A stretch of 64,000 bases of DNA from Azolla caroliniana. Taxonomy: Eukaryota > Plantae > Polypodiophyta. The notes beneath the pieces are model-generated. The model saw nothing but the letters and a program-made list of their open reading frames with translations, was not told the origin of the DNA and ran no database searches. The stretch lies in assembly GCA_043228905.1 (NCBI GenBank), contig JBHGNT010000021.1, forward strand, positions 12,710,001 to 12,774,000. Direction: 5' to 3'. The number at the start of each line of letters is the position of its first letter. Position 1 is the first letter of the stretch. The translations under genes and the position numbers were made by a program. Positions 46,901 through 61,137 of the stretch are shown piece after piece.

Positions 46901-49038
46901 TTGATGTCATCCACTCGGATGTATGGAGACCGGCCCAAACGTCGACGATCGATGGATGTTGTTACTACGTCACTCTCGATATACTTGGATCTTCCCGATG
47001 AAGAAAAAGCTCAATATCCAAATCGAAAAAGAACCTGATTGGCACATTTGATGCCTAAGATCGGATGGAGGGAAGGAGTACTTCTCCGATGAATTCATCT
47101 CCTGCCTCCAAGGTGAAGGCATTCAGAGAGAATTCTCATGCCGACACGCACCCCCAACAGAATGGAGTTGCCGAAAGGAAGAATCGACACATACTCTAGG
47201 TACCATGAGCCATGTTGCATGAGCACATGGAAAATTACTATTGGGCCAAAGTGGCATCCACGATTGTCTACATTATGAATCGATGCACAACCACTGGAGC
47301 ACATGAACTGACTCCACATGAGGTTTATGTTGGAAAGAAGTTAACCTTGTCGCATCTACGAGTATTCGGAAGTATAGCATACGTCCACATCCCTATCGAG
47401 AAACGACAGAAGCTCGAACCGAGGTTCGAAAAGTGAATGTTGTGGGATATTTGTCCGAACAAAAAGGATACTAGTGCTTTAAAGCTTCTACCTGATCGGT
47501 TCGGGTGAGTTGGGATGTTATTTTCGACGAAACAACATCTTGGTATAAGCTCGATTCGACTCCATCCAAAACGACCGAAGAAGAGTTAGAAGTCAACTCG
47601 GATGACAACATGCGGTCACTACCTATACCACTGGAAAGTCCAAGCTCAACAATTATGAGCAGCCCACAAGAGCCTCCAAGCACCGGAAGCATACCCTGAA
47701 TAGGCCCGAATATGAAGTCGATCATCCCAATGAAAGCGATTCGGATGTGTCTCGCTCTCTAGATAGTGAGTTCGGAGTGCCCATTATGCGAACCCCTAGT
47801 GTTAAGAAGGCACTAGCATCTAAGAACGATAAACTCTGATGCCCATCCCGAGAGAAGAATCCAGTTACTCGATTCAGCTGCAATGAGTATATGGCACATC
47901 ATTATGCCTTCATGAAGGAGGTAGTAGTCGAACTAGAGCCAGAAAGTTTTTTAGAAGCAGCTCGTGACCTCCAGTGGATTTATGCCATGGACGAAGAAAT
48001 GCAACCACTAGTCGAAAATGACACCTGGGATCTTGTAGCACCAACACTGCACAACAAGGCAATCGGTTGTCGATGGAATTTCAAGATCAAACACAATGTT
48101 GATGGCTCCATCAACCAATACAAAGCCCGACTTGTCTCTAAGGGATATGCTCAAACCCATGACATCGACTACAAAGAAACCTTTGCCCCGGTGGCAAAGA
48201 TGACCACAATTTGGACAACCCTAGCACTCACAATGGCAAAAGGGTGGAACCTCCACCAAATGGATGTGAAAAATGTGTTCCTCCAAGGCGAGCTGGAGGA
48301 GGTGTACATGGTACAACCACCCGACGACAAGTCAAAATCACATCCGAATGTCGTATGCCGTCTCAAGAAACCCTCTACGGACTCAAGTAAGATCCAAGGG
48401 TCTGGCATTCAAAGATAACGCAATCCCTACACCGAATCATTTTTCGAATGTCTAAGTCTGACAACTCATTGTTCATTCGGAACAACTCCAGTGGTTTGAT
48501 CTTCATCATTATATATGTTAACAACTTAGTGATCGTTGGGTAAACATCTGGCTGACATCAACAAATTCAAGATGCTCCGCTCTGGGAAGTTCGAGATGAA
48601 TGGTACGTTAGTGGAACCATGGATCAAGGAAGGAGCGACAATTCGGCTAGAAGGATACACCGAAGCTGACTAGGTTGGCAATGTATCCGATCGACGTTCA
48701 ACACCCGGATTCGTCTTCTCACTAGGAAGTGGAGCGATTTCGTGGAGTAGCAAAAAGCAACCAACTATTGCATTGCCCAGCACAGAAGCAGAATACAAGG
48801 GTGCGGCCCTAACCACCTACGATGCAATTCAGTTGGTGCGACTACTAAAGAACTTCAATGAATCGATCAACAAGTCGATGTGTATCTACTTCGACAATCC
48901 AAGTAGCATAGAACTAGCCCGAAACCCGGTCTTCCATGCTCGAACGAAACACATCGAGATCCATTATCACTACATTGAGAGCGCATCGTCGTGGGCGACA
49001 TCAACCTCCAACATGTTGGTATTGATCGATAGACGACC

Positions 49039-52000
49039 TGTTGAGAGTCGAACTCAACTTCCCTTAGTAATAGGTTTCACACTAGCTCATTAACATACCG
49101 GGCTAGTTTTGTAAATTGTAGAAAGGGCACTTGCCCTAGCTTAGTTGGTATTTAAACCAACTCTTTATAACTTTGTTACTATTGGATGTAATACATAGTT
49201 ATCTCTGTCTTAAGCTATCTCTTACTCTCTCTCTCTCTGTTTTGCCTTACGTACACACACACACACTCAATTATCTTCCGTTGCATTACACCACTTGCTC
49301 CATTTTCTTTACATGGTATCAGAGCGTGTGGTTACTTAATCATCCTCCTCATTTCTTGTGTGGTGCTACACGCCGACGAACAATAGAACCAATGTCGTGT
49401 GGTTTTTCACACACGATATAAAAACTATTTAAAATAATAATAATAATAAATAATAAAATAAGTATTTTATATTAGCTTAGTGTCTTGTTATAGAAATATG
49501 GATGTACTTAAGAGCTTCAAAACGCATTTTACTACATATAAAATAGGCAACTACATATCAAGTTATGTGAACATGAAGTTTGAGAATATAGGGAAAATAG
49601 AACTATGATTTATCCCACATAGATAGGAAACTTAAGGCCCTGGCTATATAAGCACATTGAGATCCCTTATTTTTCATTTGTGCTAAGAGCACTTTGACCA
49701 CTTTGTCTAGATCGATAAATGTGGCCAAGTTCCCAAAAACCGATTGGCAATAAAATGGAACTGGCCGGTAAGCAAACCGAAACCAGCTAGAAATCAATTC
49801 GGAACCGGCCGGTAAGCCGGAAACCAAACCGGAATCGGTCGGTAAGCAAACTAAAACCGGCTGGAAAGCAAACCGGAACCGGCCAGGCATCAAATCGAAA
49901 CCGGCTGGTCATCAAATCGAAACCGAAACCGGTTAATCATCGAACTGGAACCGGACTAGACGGACGCGGACCAGACGAATTAAATGGGCGGCTCGAGACG
50001 GACAGATGATAGGATCATGTGGCTAATTAAAGTAAAGTAAAGGAAACTAAATTAAAGGTCATGTGGACGGTCGCATGCAAGTAAAAGAAAAAGCCATGCA
50101 AGTAAAAATGGATGCAACTAAAAGTAGAGGCTATGCAACTAAAAGTGGGCATGCAAAGTAACATTGAAGGCTATGATCAACGAAGAACTGCATATAAATT
50201 CCATTTTTTTTCCTACATTGATTCTCTCTCCATTAATTTTCTTTTCCTTCTCAACTCCCTTATCTTATGGAAGCCATAACTCTCATAAACCCTAAATTCC
50301 CTACAGAAGCCATAACACTCAAAAACCCAAATCTTCCCTACGAAAGCTATAACACTCAAAAACCCTAATTTTCCCTATGGAAGCCATATCTCTCAAAAAC
50401 CCCTAATTTTTCTTTTCTATTAAACTTAGTAAACCTAAACTTCTGAATCCCAATCTTGGGACATATTGTAATTTCTTTTCCTTTGCTAATGAAAAATTAT
50501 TAAATTTCTTCTTTCCATTAATTGTTAAAAATATAAACGCACGAGGGTGATATCCTCTGGTCGGAGGCCCCGGGGTCCTGCCTCAAGTTCACGTTTCCTC
50601 GTCGTATTTCTGCGACACCGGCTCATCAATAGAGAAGAAACCACCATGAATACTCAGATGGGAAGCGCTCTTCCGACGGAGAAGCTCGACAGAACGAACT
50701 TCGCATCTTGGGAATACAAGATGCATCAATACCTTGTCGGGCAAGGTTACTGGAGGTACATTGAAGGAGCTCATGAAACGCAACCCAATCCAACACACCT
50801 CAACTATCCCGATTGGGAGTAGGCCGCAAGTCGTGTGTTGTACTGCTTGGTTCCATGAGTACATGATCATATGTTGGGATATATCAGAGAGGCAAAAATG
50901 CCGAAACAGGTGTGGGAAAACCTCAAGAAAATCTTTGCGGCAAATACGAATGCACGGAAGCTCCAACTTCGACATGAGCTAAACAATCTGCAACAGAGGG
51001 ATATTTCGATCACAAGTTACACCTTGAAGATCAAGGAACTATGTGACGCCCTCAGTTCGATCAATGTCATCATCGATGATGACGAGATGGTGCAAATATG
51101 CCTCGGTGGCGTAGCACCTCGATTTGGCTCAATTAGATTGGCCATTCTTGCGAGAGGAGGATCCTCCTTCCTTTTTTGACCTCCAATCATTATTGCTTGT
51201 TGAGGAGAATCACATGCGTCAAAGAAACAACACACAGGACGGATAGATGTTGTATTCGAATTTCGATGGAGGAAGAGGACACAGTCGCGGAAGGACAGGC
51301 TGATTCGGCCAAGGCCAACACAATCATGAGCGTAACCCCCACCAATGGCAAGCGGACAGATCCAGTCCCAGAGAGTTCGACATAAGGGGGAGTCATCACG
51401 CTAGACCAAGAAATCGTAGAAACCCAATCAAATGCAGGTACTGCGGAAAACTCGACCATTACGTAGAGGAGTGTCGAAAGAAGAAACACGAGGCATGCCG
51501 ATAGCTTACTAATTACGCTATGAATTCCGACTACGGCGACTGTGGCGGAATGTTCATAATGAAACATGAAGCACACTCGATGTCTGCACAGGCTACAACT
51601 AGCGCCTCCACCTCAAATAATGTATGGTTTCTCGATTCAGGAGCGTCAAATCACATAACGTCTCATGAAGATTGGTTTCGGGAATTACAAAAACCCGAAC
51701 GTCCCGGATATGTTGAGAAAGGCGATGACACGACTCATGCAATACATCACATCGGGAATGTCCCATTCGGAAACAACGGCAAACAAACCTACCTAAAGAA
51801 TGTACTGCATTTTCCACCATCACGAAAAACCTAGTCTCAGTCGGCCAGATTGTCGAACAAGGAATGCAAGTATGATTCAACAACGACAGGTGCTTCATCG
51901 AAACATGTGGTCAAGTCGTAGCTCACGGTCGACGAGAAGGTCGTATGTTTATCCTCGAATCAAACGAGGTAAAGTCAGCCATGTTCGCAAAGGGCCTCAA

Positions 52001-55000
52001 AGTCAAAACAAACTTAAATTTGTGGCACAAAAGAATCGGCAACATCAATCTCCAAAAACTTCAAAACATGCAATCGAAAGGAGTCGTAATTGGACTCCCG
52101 AACTTTACCGCGAAGGAGATTACGGGTGTATGTGAAGCGTGCCAGTTCGGGAAGCAACGTCGACACCCATTCCCGAAAGAGCGGAATGTGAGCAAAGGGA
52201 TCCTGGATGTCGTACATTCAGATGTATGGGGACTAGCCCAAACGAGCACACTCAGTGGATGTCGATACTATGTCACTTTCATTGACGACTTCTCCAGGAA
52301 CACCTGGATCTACCCGATGAGACAGAAGAGCGAAGTGTTTGGACACTTCCAGAGGTTCAAAGCCGAAGTCGAAAAAGCTACGGGTCGGCACGTACGCTGC
52401 CTTCGATCGGATGGAGGCAAAGAATACTTTTCGGATGAGTTTACGGCATATCTCCGAAAGGAAGTAATCCAACGAGAATTCTCATGCCATCACACACCTC
52501 AACAGAACGGCGTAGCTGAGCGTAAAAACCGACACATAGTAGAAGTCACTCATGCTATGATGAATGAGAAGAATCTGCCGAAATCTTACTGGGCAGAAGC
52601 GGTGAACACGGCCATATACCTCATCAATAGGTGCACAACCTCGGGAGTACATGACCTAACTCCTCATGAGAAGTTCTTTGGAAACAAGCCGGACTTATCT
52701 CATGTCCGCATTTTTGGCGCAATTGCTTACGTACATATTCCCAACGATACGCGACAAAAGCTCGACCTGAAGTCAGAGAAATGTATCCTTGTGAGGTACT
52801 CGCTCGAACAGAAGGGGTACAAATGATACAATCCATCTACCCGAAAAGTTCAAACAAGTCAGGATGTCGTTTTCGACGAGTCCGCATCCTGGTACGCACT
52901 AGAGTCAACTTTGACTCCAACTCCGATATACGCCGAAATAGAGGCAGAAGCCGAAGATCAAGTTACGCGCATGCTCGACGAAAGTCCAATTACTACACGA
53001 CTGAGTGGGCCGTCAAAGACGCCGAGTGATCAAAGCACATCTCAGCTGAGTCCAAAGTTGGACAAAGGGAAGGCGAAAATGCGGGAATATGAAGACCAAT
53101 TCGAACTTGAATCGACTCACTCCCTTGATAGTGAGTTCAAAGGCCTTGACATCCAGACAGACGGCGTAAAGAAAGCTTTAGAATCCGCGAACGAAAAGCT
53201 ACGTCGGTTCACTTGAGAGAAGAACCTCGTAAACCGTTATGGCTACAATGAGTACATGGCGTATTATTACGCCTTTATGATGAAGGTAGCGACAATACAT
53301 GAGCCGAAAACGCTTTCCGAAGCCGTAAAGGATCCACTATGGGTCAACGCGATGCATGAGGAAATGGAAGCGTTATGCAAAACGAGACATGGGATCTCGT
53401 TCCTCACCCACCGAACGAGAAAGCAATTGGTTGCTGATGGATTTACAAGGTGAAGCACAATGTCGACGACTCTGTAAATTGCGACAAAGCACGTCTTGTT
53501 GTGAAAGGATACGCACAAACCCACGGTGTAGACTACAAAGAGACCTTTGCCCCGGTGGCAAAGATGACCACTGTACGGATTGTAATTACCCTGGCAGGGG
53601 CGAAAGGATGGCACCTCCACTAGATGGACGTGAAAAACGCCTTCCTCCAAGGAGAATTAGAAGAGGAAGTGTATATGATTCAACCACCTGAATTTGAATC
53701 GTGTACCTATCCGCACACCGTATGTCGACTTAAGAAACCACTTTATGGTCTCAAACAAGCACCGCGTGCGTGGCACTCGAAGATTACACAGTATCTACAT
53801 CAGATCAGATTTCGAATGTCAAAATCCGATACTTCTCTGTACATCCAAAACGAGTCGGATAGCCCAATTGTCATCATCCTTTACGTGGATGATTTGGTCA
53901 TTGGAGAAAAAGATCTAGCCGAGATTAACAAGTAAAATCACTTCTTTCCGGCATATTTGAAATGAAAGACCTGCACGAGCTCCATTACTTCCTAGGCATT
54001 GAAGTAATTTGAACACCAGTCGGAATAATGATATCACAACAGCACTACATTCTCAACTTACTCTACAAGTTCGGAATGATGGAGTGTAAACCTATGTCTA
54101 TTCAGTCGGCCTAAACTCAAATATTTGGTTGGCCTGCTTAGTCAATTTATGCAAAATCCACGAAATCTTCATCTGGATTGCACTAAGCGGATACTTCGAT
54201 ATGTCAACACAACGATGGACCACGACACCATGTATAAGTCAAATACGATCATTCGACTCGAAGGGTACACAGACGCAGACTGGGCAGGATACAAAGCAGA
54301 TAGACGATCCACATTCAGATTCGTCTTCTCTCTTGGTAGTGGAGCGATCTCCTGGAACAGTAAGAAGCAGCCAATAGTCGCACTATCAAGCATGGAAGCC
54401 GAATACAGGGGCGTGGCAGTCGCTGCATGCGAAGCGGTATGGCTCAAGCGTATACTGAGGAGTTGGCGTACTCATCAAAGATCCAATTCGTCTATACTAT
54501 GACAACATGAGCAATATCTACCTCGCACGTAAGCCCGTATTCCACGCGCAGACTAAGCACATTGAAGTGCACTATCATTTCATCCGCGAGCATGTATAGA
54601 CCGGGGATATCGATTTACAACATCTCATTACACACCTACAGGTAGTCGACATTTTCACGAAAGCCCTTGGTGTCGACAAGCTCCTGCAGTTCGCGTCGAA
54701 CCTTGTCCTATCTCTTCCCGACCAGCCGAGCTTGAGGGGGAGTACAAAATAGTGACAGTGAACCGATCAATTGATCGAAGCCGAACAAGGAGTATGCAAC
54801 CAAAAAGTCGAACAATCGAAGTTCGAAGCGTTCCAAAGTATGAACCGAACAACATACGCATGATATGCAAGTACGTAATGTGCAGTTGATCGAAGCCGAC
54901 GAGATGAATCGAAGTACGAACCAAACAACCTTTCGATAGATAGAAGTTGTGTTTGAGGGGGCGTTTTGAGAGTTGAACTCAACTTCCCTTAGTAATAGGT

Positions 55001-55248
55001 TTCACACTAGCTCATGGACATACCATGCTAGTTTTGTAAATTGTAGAAAGGGCACTTGCCCTAGCTTAGTTGGTATTTAAACCAACTCTTTGTAACTTTG
55101 TTACTGTTGGATGTAATACATAGTTATCTCTATCTTAAGCTCTCTCTTACTCTCTCTCTCTCTCTCTCTCTGTTTTGCCTTACATACACACATACACTCA
55201 CTCAATAATCTTCCACTGCATTACACCACTTGCTCCATTTTCTTTACA
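49039..55248 (+). mobile_element. Decayed copia 'C' nested in the RNase H of copia B
   Basis: LTRs at 49039-49313 and 54964-55248, TSD CGACC/CGACG, PBS TGGTATCAGAGC at 49314-49325, gag-pol remnants 50646-54750. Confidence 0.9.
49393..50546. other. AT-rich segment in the copia C leader with AAACCGG and AAACCCTAA-like short repeats, possibly an old solo LTR
   Basis: Begins TGTCGTG and ends near CACGAGG. No convincing TSD. Confidence 0.3.
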
Positions 55249-56561
55249 CGACGAATATCTTTACCAAGGGTTTAGGAACCAACAATCTCCACTAATTTTC
55301 AATTGCGCTCAGCCTTTGGCCAATTAACACACCAAGCCTTTGTCAAATGCCGAAAATCAAACACCAAAAAACGAGAACTACTAACTTCACATAAGTCAGA
55401 ACTGCAAAGCCGGACAACGTCAAAAGCAAAATCAGATGTAGGATGCCTCATACTTGAGCTTGAGGGGACATGTTGAGATATCAAGCTCAACTAAGTCTAG
55501 TCATTTTAGTCAACCATGTAACTTAGTAGTTAGATAAATAGAATCTATTTTGAATGTTGACTATAAAGGAGTTGTTCCTAGTATTTAAGTGGGAGATCTC
55601 TAAATTCCCCACTATCAAGTTCATTTAATGTAGGACTTACACTCTTGTACTTATATTCTCCTCACATGTGTGCACCCTTACATTTGAGATGAATATATAC
55701 CTCATTGTGGGTATTTTTGTACCTGGATGAAGTTCTTTAATATAAGTGAGAGTTCTTTGTGCTACACTCATTAATCATCCCCCATTTACTATTGATAAGT
55801 GTAACTTCCTCTCTCTCTTCCTCACACACACATAGACACACATATCACATAATCTTTCACAACTTAATCACACACGTGGTTAAATATTCACATAATTAGA
55901 GATTAATTAACCCTTAGTTAATCTTCTAATTATTAACAGATATATTCTTTCATGATGTGGCCAAATTTCTGTTGGAAGTGGTTTGTGTAAGCCCATGGCA
56001 ATAGTGCATGCCCAAACAACGAGTTGGGTTCATCATTGCAATGTATGAAGGCATTACAGTCAAGTGGGGATATATCATTGGTGTGGCGCTCAGAGAACAA
56101 CTGCACGAGGCGTAGAATGGGAAATCTATGAAGCTGATTTTTGCACGGTGGTTGGCAGTATTATGTCCCATGCCGGTAGCTGATACAAGACATAAGACCT
56201 TGAAGAAGGAAAAGGGGCAATCATCACAAGCACGACAAAAGGAATTGGTCAGAAGAATAGTACCACAAGAACCATGGCAGGATCCAAAGCCGACACCTAA
56301 ACCCGAACCCAAAAATCGACAACAACCCGAGACGACAACCAACACCCGCCGACCAAGCCAAGCAACAAAAGCTAGTCGACCACAAGTGGAACCACGGCCA
56401 TCACCACGTCGGAAACAAAAGACTCAGTGGTCTGTACCACAACACATTTCGACAGAACAACCGCATCAGGAAGAGGGTCGGTCGACCAAGAGAAATAAAG
56501 TCGGAAACACACGATCGACTGAGCAACATACTCAAGAAGAGAGCCGACCACCAAAAATAAA

Positions 56562-59205
56562 TGTGCAAGTACGTGTAGGATGTTGGGGCGAGACCACTGG
56601 GGTCTTGGACCAAGGAGCCGATAAGAGAAAGAGAGAATATTATATGGATCGGTGTCTGGATGTCTTTGTCGGCACCCGGACTTGGGGTATCCAACCGATC
56701 CGAACCAACCACCAAATGTCGGATGATGAGCAAACGGGCTCCAACACGTGAATTACTCCAGACTTGTTGTCGGGTACCAAGCGAGAAGCGCATGTGCTCA
56801 AGACTCGGATAAACACGTGGGGTAGATGGAAATAGAATGGGGATGCAGACTCAACACAGAGAGAATAATCGAATACGATGAAAACAAAATGGATTAATCA
56901 AGGAAAGAATACAACCGGATTCGGTTGGTTACAAAGCTACGTGCTCTCGAAACACACACACACACACAGAACAATGAGCCTCTAGGCGGGAGCACACGGG
57001 CTTCCTACGCGAGTAGAGGTCTCACCTTCTCCCTGAATCAGTACAGAGCGAAAACAAAGGGAATGACAGAGCTCCAGATCTCAAACCGACAACACTTCGT
57101 TCTCCAAAATGATGGATACCTCTCTGAATCTTCTCTCTGTCCTTTTATAGCTGAAGGAGAGAGAGATTGTTCCATCAGGTTGTTAAGACAGCCGCTTTTC
57201 TCTCCCAATTTCCTCTCATCAATCCCCTTTATTCCTCTACTCATGTGACCATAAAAGTACCTATCGAATCACTCCTACCTAGTATTCATCAACACTTAAA
57301 CTAACACTATACTATTTACACATATTGGTACATCAAAACGGTTTTGTGTGCATCCGTGCACAACCTGTTCGCACACTCACTGACCTATTGTCTTCCTCGT
57401 GTCGGAGATCTCCGTTCAACTGCATTTGACTCCCTTTTCTCTTAGTGCCCGGAATCCCTCACAACATCCACCCCCACCAAACCGCACATCCTCTGGTATG
57501 TGCCAATCTAGTGAAGCAGTGGGGATTCCAGTCCGTCCCTTACTTGTCCTCTCCCGACCCATCATCGACCAGTTCCTCGTCTGACACCTCAACCTTGTCA
57601 TCTTCCTCTTCTGCTTCCGGATTCGGTTCTGGTTCATGTCGCTTCTTGAAGCCCTTGATCCGTTTTCTTGCAATTGGCATTGCAATCCTCGTTCCGTCGA
57701 GCTCGGCTAGATGGTATGTCACGTTGTCATTGGTTTTCATTACCACATAAGGCCCGAACCACAACCTGACGAACTTCTGGGTCGATCGGTGCTAATTGTC
57801 AAGGTTGTTGTCGTAGACCAACACCCAGTCGCCTTCCTCGATCTTCTTCGGCGCGTCTGGTCGAAGTGGCCCTTGTTCTTCTTCCTCGCCTCTTCCACCC
57901 TTGTCGTTGCTCATTCCACATCCTTTGGCCTTTGCTCTAGTTCCTCTTGGCTAATCTCATCTGCCTAGTCGATTTCCATCCATGACACTATCTTTTTCTC
58001 GACTGGCATAATCGGCTTTTGCCCGAACATGAGTTCAGTTGGCATGTACCCGATCACTGAATTGTGCGTAGTTCGGTCGGCCCACAACACATATGGGAGG
58101 AGCCTCGGCCAATTTCTGATTCATCCGTCAAATGCTCACACTATTGCCTTGACGATCGGTCCATGCCCTCTTTCGACCTTTTCGTTTGCCTCCCGATTGT
58201 ATGTCTTCATGAGCGAGAGCTTGACCCCTAGTCGGTCGAACAACCCTCAAATTCTTGCGCGTCCAGCTGCCCTCGGTCGGCTACTATCTTCCCGATGCAT
58301 CTGTACCGGCAAAATCACATCCTCAATTAGGAACCGGCATACCATTGTAGTTGTCTTGTTCGTCAATTCCCGTCCCTCCACCTAGTTCGTCAAGTCCTCT
58401 TGCGCAAGCACTAGGTACCGCATCTGGGCTACCCCCATCGGCATTGTCACTAAGTCCACCATCCATTTCAAGTGAATGGTCGGCGGGTAGGTTGGGTGCA
58501 GCATGTCACGGTGTCGGGTTCCGGAATGTACTTGACAACTCTCGCATGTCGTCACGAAGTGCTGCACGTTGCGATACATTCCCGACCACCAATACCTCTG
58601 TTTGGGCTTTTCGAATGTGGCCCATGTCCCCCGATGTCCAGACCATGGACTCTCGTGGAACTCCAACATTAGCACCAATTGGTCCTCTATCTGCATCACC
58701 ACTCGAAGTGGTGTGTTGTTCTGCCTCTTCGGATGCCGCCATATCTTACCGTCTCGCAAGAAGAACTTGTAGACCTTCTTCTGGATTCAATCGCCTCTTC
58801 CTATGTCCACGATATGTTCGGTGCCATCGTCCTTAGGAACCTTCCGATTAGAAGTTGCTCCCCGTCGTAATCGTTCTCATCAAACTCATTAAGGGCCGGA
58901 GTGCTCCGTCTATTCGCCGACATTCGAGCCTACTCGAAGAAGTCCACGCCGACTTCTTTGTCTTCCGACACCAAGCCGCTTTTTTCGTCGTATTATGCCC
59001 TCGATAGCATGTTGGCCATGGTGTTGTCTTTCCCAGAGATGTGCCATATCTTCGGATTCAGGGACTTGATGTACGTGATCAACCTGAGCATCACCAAGTC
59101 CGGAGTCGTGCATTTGGAAACCATACCGAGAATCAGTAGGAAATCTGTCTTGATTGTTACTTATGCCCCGATCATATAGTCTTTGTCAGCCTTTACCGTT
59201 GAAAC
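56562..59205 (-). mobile_element. 3' half of a decayed Ty3 element of the Trp-primed group: RH/INT remnants, PPT and 3' LTR (about 56562-57466)
   Basis: HESPWSGHRG...CESC, WMVDLV, WFGPYVV. The PPT context TTGGCACATAC..GGATGTGCGGTTTGGTGGGGG matches 10767-10806. No chromodomain seen. Confidence 0.8.
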
Positions 59206-61137
59206 TGTGAAAATGAATATGCGGAACCTAAGACAGAATCGGCTCGACCGGATAGCAACGAAATACAGACGGGTTTAAAGGAACCTTAAAAATACATGGG
59301 AGAGACAAAGAGAGTAGAATGGTAAAACTCTCTTTACATACAATGTGCTCAGTGAGCACTTTTATACAAGTCCTTAAAAGGACTGACAGAAGTATTGACA
59401 AGTACTTCAATGCTCATACGAGCAACTGACACTGACTCCTAAAAATATGCCTACATACTAGGCTAGATTCGTAGGCCCCTAACGGCCTACCGGTTGCAAT
59501 CCGATCCGGCTCTCCAATCCGGCTCCTGGTTCCGGATACCAATTCGTCTCTTGCTTATTCACAGGATCTAGTTGAGCTTGTCCACTCAACACTTCCCCTC
59601 AAGCTCAACTTGAGGTCGGATCGTTGTGTCGGTGTCAATGTCTACCGGTCTTTCCCTCCGGCTCCTCTTGGCGTCTTCCGCCTTGCTCGCACTCCTCAAC
59701 CCGTCTGGTTTTGCTTCCCACAAACTGTCCGGTCACGTGCACCTCGACCTTCTCGGTCGGCTGGTTTGCTCATAAGGCCCTTCTCAACTCCCTTGCTATT
59801 GTGACTTCGACGCTTCTCGACCCGTCGGTTCCTCCCTGTCGGTGTCGACTTCCTCTGCCTTCTTCTTCGTTTGGCCTCCAGTTGATTTGGCTCCTCCGAA
59901 TCGGCTGCCTCCGATTCGTTCCAGCTCTTGTCCGAATTGGATGTCTCCAATTTGTCTTTACACTTCAAGCCCTTCACCACGTCGAACCACATCCGGGTGT
60001 TGGCCTTCTCGTTCCGGTCGGCGTTGTCCTTCTTTACTCTGCCACTGTCGCCGCTTATTCCGACTTTATCGGATGAGCCGACTTCTTCAGTCGACTCGGC
60101 TCTGTTTTTCTTCTTGTCTCCCCCTACTTCGGTTGTCTCCGGCTTGGGCTCTTTGTTCCGGTGGCTCCCCTTGCGTCCGGTCTCGGCCTTGTCAACCGTC
60201 CCGTGCACTCTGACTTCTTCATTCAGGTCGAAGTTGAAATCGGTTTCCAGCTTGACTTTTCGATCGTCTTTCTCATTCCTCCCCCTCAAGTTCGGCATAT
60301 CAAGGTAGTACACACCTACTGCACCAGAAAATTGCCACAACTTGTCTAAGCCGGAGGGGTTTGGTGAAAATATCAGCCACTTGCCGATCCGTTGGAACAT
60401 ACCACTAGTTTTACTTCACTAGAGAGAACACACTCACGGACGAAATGGAAGTGCATCTCAATGTGCTTGGTCTGGCCATGAAAGATGAGGTTCTTAGCCA
60501 ACTAGATGTTGTTGAGGTTTTCACAATAGATCACCGTCGGATCGGATACCTCCAAATTCAAACCTTTAGGAGCCTCTTGAGCCATATGGCTTCACATGTC
60601 GTGACAACCGTTCCTCGGTACTCGGCCTCAGTGCTCGATAGTGCCACTATCGGTTGCTTTTTGCTACTCCAAGTGACTGCGGCGCCTCCAAGTGAAAACA
60701 CATATCTGGATGTAGACCTACGGTCGTCGGCATTTCCGGCCCAATCGGCATCCGTGTAGCCGACAAGTTGTCCAACTACACCAGTCCGTTACAGCAACCC
60801 CCTGTCCTTAGTGCCGCTAACATACCTCAATATTCGATTCGCGCACTGAAGGTGCTCCACAATTGGATGAGCCATGAATTGACTAATCAATCCGACCAGA
60901 TAGTTGAGGTCTGATCAAGTGATCGTCAGATATATAAGGCTTCCAACGATTTGTAAGAACCTTTTTGGGTCGCATGTCGCTCCAGAGTCGAGGTGAAGCT
61001 TCACATTCCGGTTCAGAGGAGTCGAGACGGAGTAGTAGTCCGTCATACCGAATTTGAAGAGCATACTCAGCACATAGTGGCGTTAACTTATTAGAACCTT
61101 CATCTCAAATGATGCCACAAGCTAGGATTTCACACGG
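59206..61137 (-). mobile_element. 3' part of decayed copia 'E', related to D: RT/RH remnant, extension, PPT and 3' LTR (59206-59591)
   Basis: [25 protein letters not shown] and TKHIE on the minus strand. LTR shares GCCTACGAATCTAGCCTAGTA with the D LTRs. Confidence 0.85.

Larger units (their letters stand above)
44694..55938 (+). mobile_element. Decayed copia 'B'
   Basis: LTRs at 44694-45151 and 55471-55938, PBS (A)GGTATCAGAGC at 45152-45163, gag-pol remnants 45319-49038 with an RT deletion near 48600. TSD decayed (GAGAG/GATAT). Confidence 0.85.
44512..56550 (+). pseudogene. Degenerate ORF split by copia B (44512-44693 joined to 55939-56550), possibly a retroelement accessory protein
   Basis: The joined flanks stay in frame: ...LLISLMDIFFHDVAKFLLEVVC...RVGFIIAMYEGITVKWGYIIGVALREQL..., with three stops, continuing into ORF 56128. 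Confidence 0.4.

Noticed and set aside
50288-50440. Interstitial telomere repeats (AAACCCTAA)
   Set aside because: Only scattered single motifs inside short degenerate repeats, not a tandem telomeric tract.
49393-50546. A seventh CG-targeted solo LTR
   Set aside because: Right terminus and TSD cannot be read reliably, so it is excluded from the target-site tally.
56540-56553. Possible PBS (minus strand TGGTGGTCGGCTC) beside the LTR near 56562
   Set aside because: That LTR is a 3' LTR with its PPT on the other side, its end is decayed, and I cannot match the sequence to a tRNA.
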